From Pavona decussata (taxonomy: Eukaryota), in the NCBI GenBank assembly GCA_977016875.1, contig CDRNST010000173.1, positions 1-64,000 of the forward strand: a stretch of 64,000 nt of DNA, in the 5' to 3' direction. Below, one piece after another: positions 60,943 to 64,000 of the stretch. Position 1 is the stretch's first letter, and the number at the start of each line of letters is the position of its first letter. The translations under genes were made by a program, and so were the position numbers. Under the pieces are notes generated by a model, which was not told the origin of the DNA, searched no databases, and saw nothing but the letters and a program-made list of their open reading frames with translations.

Positions 60943-62723
60943 TCACATTTTATCGTGGCATCTCACCGAGAATTCGTCGTTGTAATCATCAACGACACAG
61001 CTCTCTACCATCTCTACTCTTTCTCCTTCTGATTCACTTGTTTTCGTCTGCGTTCGCTGAACCCTTGGACTCCAAGCCTGGAATCGCAACATCTCGGAGC
61101 CATCGTCAAATGTCTCCGATGTTAAGCCTTTGGTTTTTGGAAGAAGAAAGTGACAGAGCAGACCTGTTGTCAGGCACAGGCATCCCATCACGCCTAGCGG
61201 TACTACTGCCTGAGCCAGCAGTTCAATCCTCATGATAAGCGGACAAACGGCTACTCCAAGGTATCCAACACTCGTTATCAGTCCTATTGCAGTACACCTA
61301 CAGGAAACGGAATTTGTATTTAATTACTGCAAGTTGCATAGTCTGGTGAAAGTGAAATAATCGTATTTCATAGGAGAAGTTTTTCGTTTAATTACAAATG
61401 TATGTAATGAACGGAAACCAGAACGAGGCATTGAGGCTGCCGCCATTTGAATGGTAATTTTATTTGCAACTTGTTACCTGACTATTGTGGGAAAGAGCTC
61501 AATGGAGTATAAGCTCAAAGAAGCGAGAGAGACCATAACACATAGCCGGCCAACCAGTTGAATGACTGCTATCACAGCCTCACGCTCTGAAAACAACAAC
61601 AGTGAAATAGTTACACTTTGAATCGAGAAATTAGAGTAAAAGTAGAGAAATTCAAGCACAAAACGGGTAAGCATCAATGTTTGTCCTTGTGTTGTCACGT
61701 AGAGCTCAAGGTTTTTGTTAAACTGATATGTTAGTGTATGCAGGGTGATAAGAACGAGCAAGAATTTTAGTTTGTACTCTGCGCGAGGGGTCGCCTTAAC
61801 TGAAAAGTGATAATAATCGTAAAAGCACAAGGTTCTGTCATGAAGTGAAGACTGTATCAGAGAGTAAGCAAAACAACTGTTTAAAATTATCAAAATACCT
61901 GATTCTAAAAATCCATCAGAGGCAACTGAGAATATCAAGCAGAAAACGCCTGCAAAGATCATGGATATGACGGTGCAGACACGGCGACCAGCCCTACAAA
62001 AAGGTAAAAAATCCACGTTAAGCTCTTAAAGAGGTTTAATTCTGTTACAGGCCGCATTACTAACCCGCTTGGACTTCCCCGATTGGAATCATAGTTAATC
62101 ATCACCGTCCAGGTCTAAGTCTACGTCTTATTTCAATTGGTCTATATCTAAGGTTTTCTAACATGTTTTCGGATTGGGCCAATTGTTTGCTGGCGCCATT
62201 CGTGTCTAGGGGGAGGGCGACAGTATGATGGAAAAATTGTCTTAACTACGGTCACAACCGTATAAGGGAAGAAAGATTACGCTGGACCATGCAGGATTAT
62301 TGTAAACTTTGAATTTCCGTTAAGAGTTTTCCGACCTTATTGTTGACTTCCTAACTTGCAACGAGAATGAATTAAACACCTTTCCAAACGGAAAGCAATA
62401 GCGTTAATTCTGAACTAGTGTCAGTCCACTTTGATTAGGGCCAGAAACGTTTTTAGTTGGATGAGCTACCCTCTATACTGACGTGCCTGCACACTTGACA
62501 ATACACGCTTTTTTCGCTCAACAATTTAAACCTCCGAGAGCGCATCAGGTTAGGGAGTTTGCAGTCTATTTTCTCCTGATTTACCTACCATGTGACTAGG
62601 ATAAGAAAAACGAAAAATCCCAGCAGATTGACCAGTTCTCGGACTGCGTAGTTTGCGTAAAAATTCTTGAGAAGTTGAATGGAACTTGTGTTGATTCCGC
62701 GGTATAACATCCCTACAGAAAAC
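60943..62723 (-). CDS. SLC22 (MFS organic cation/anion transporter-like), C-terminal exons; 5' exons unresolved
   Basis: Exons 62723-62589, 61993-61899, 61586-61478, 61297-(60967 or 60943); FSVGMLYRG, AGRR, YSIELFPTIVR, LLPKTKG. Confidence 0.85.
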
Positions 62724-63249
62724 CTGGAATTAGAATTAGAAACCGTTTCAGATAACCGAGAAATAACAGGTAGCGAGTTGAAAGAACATGTGCGTACATT
62801 CTTTGAATTATGATGACACAATTGATCGAGCTGATATTCATACACTCGGCGAAGCACTTTCTTCACCTGTGAAAACCCTTGCGCATTATCACTGCAATTT
62901 GGTTTCAATGTTGTTTATGGCTTTCGTATGGCCCCTCTCGCCACAGACGGCTTATATCCCAGATTCTACTGAGTCCATCGCAGGGGCTACTTATAGCAAT
63001 TTACTAGGCTTTCCCTATCAGTATGTCGTTGCCCAGATTTACACCTAGCATGCGACGAGAGAGATATCGTGGAATAAAGTTTCTCATTATGTTTCTCATT
63101 ACGTAAGAAAAAAACCACGAGCAGAGGGTATGGACAACTTTAGGCCGAACAACCGAAAGATCGAAGCCCTACATGATTTTTGCGATTGATGAATGACATT
63201 TTATTAATATGGTTAACGATGTTAATTTTAATTCTTTTCTTTTTTTTTT

Positions 63250-63330
63250 TTTAGCTAGAATTTAGTTAGGTGTCCCCTATTAGTAGAGGGGACTTCTCCC
63301 CTCAGCTACATTTCTTGACACATTAATAAA

Positions 63331-63369
<39 letters not shown>
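63250..63369 (+). repeat. LINE-type 3' tail with AATAAA and (TTA)n
   Basis: Hairpin-like agaggggacttctcccctc followed by aataaag(tta)n. Confidence 0.5.
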
Positions 63370-64000
63370 TTTATCATCGATAAGACCATCAAGGCATAAG
63401 ACTACAAGTGGTCTTTCATTTCAGGGATAGCAAAGCGAGCGACACACGCAAACGCGCGCAACACAAACGAGAGCGAGCGGCACACGCGAGAATGCGCGAA
63501 TCTCGTCTCCTGCGAGGAGATACCACAGTCTACCTGGGTATCTCCCAGCACTATGAAGTATCAGGTATCCGCGACAGTTCGCCCGAGCTCAGTTATAACG
63601 CTAAATGGAGAAATAAACGAAGCCATGGTGAGTCTTATTGTTGCATCTTTAGGGTACTTAAATGGCAACGAGAGTAGCGATCAGAGGTTCAACCCTTCAT
63701 TGATGTCTACTAATGCCACGTCCAAGGTGTGGAATGTGGAATAGACAATAGCCGCTGAAAGAATACAAATTTTACATAACGAATGGCCGACTTAAGTCTC
63801 CCTTAAATAATAAAAAACTCCCCGTCGACTGATTAAAGCGCTTGGACAAGCCGTACAAGAAGAAATTATGTCATTTTATACTAGAAACAAAGCGGATACT
63901 TTCCAACTCACCAAGCAAATCCCAAAACGATGGTTGTTCTCCGTGGCTCTTTAAGCCGAAGAAAACTAAAGCAGCGTCTTTCATGGCCTGTTTCTGGTGG

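Noticed and set aside
62788-63755. Plus-strand ORFs 62788-63048, 63408-63677, 63553-63744, and candidate upstream SLC22 exons
   Set aside because: No recognisable domain; the minus-strand candidate exon has stops in all frames, so it is left unresolved

Overview
Eukaryotic, AT-rich, intron-containing DNA, most likely from an anthozoan cnidarian such as a stony coral (inferred from gene families and repeat types), with three assembly gaps. From left to right: a Penelope-like retroelement with a 5' inversion and a hammerhead ribozyme; a decayed multi-exon P-element-like transposase; a Crypton/DUF3504 recombinase relic; and a decayed Tx1-clade LINE whose 5' end abuts a U2-snRNA-like sequence and which carries nested MITEs. 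Next is a tandem array of five intronless rhodopsin-class GPCRs separated by 30-bp minisatellites; copy 3 is a chimera of copies 4 and 2. The right half holds a minus-strand gene that splices in phase into RING-Bbox-Bbox-coiled-coil-filamin plus a Deltex C-terminal (DTC) domain lacking the ADP-ribose-handling residues, an intronless SLC32A1/VIAAT-like transporter, and a TLDc (OXR1/NCOA7-like) exon series immediately downstream of, and splice-phase compatible with, an SLC22 transporter. The two best candidates for novelty are the TRIM-filamin-DTC fusion and the possible SLC22-TLDc fusion. Both are manual gene models that need transcript confirmation.
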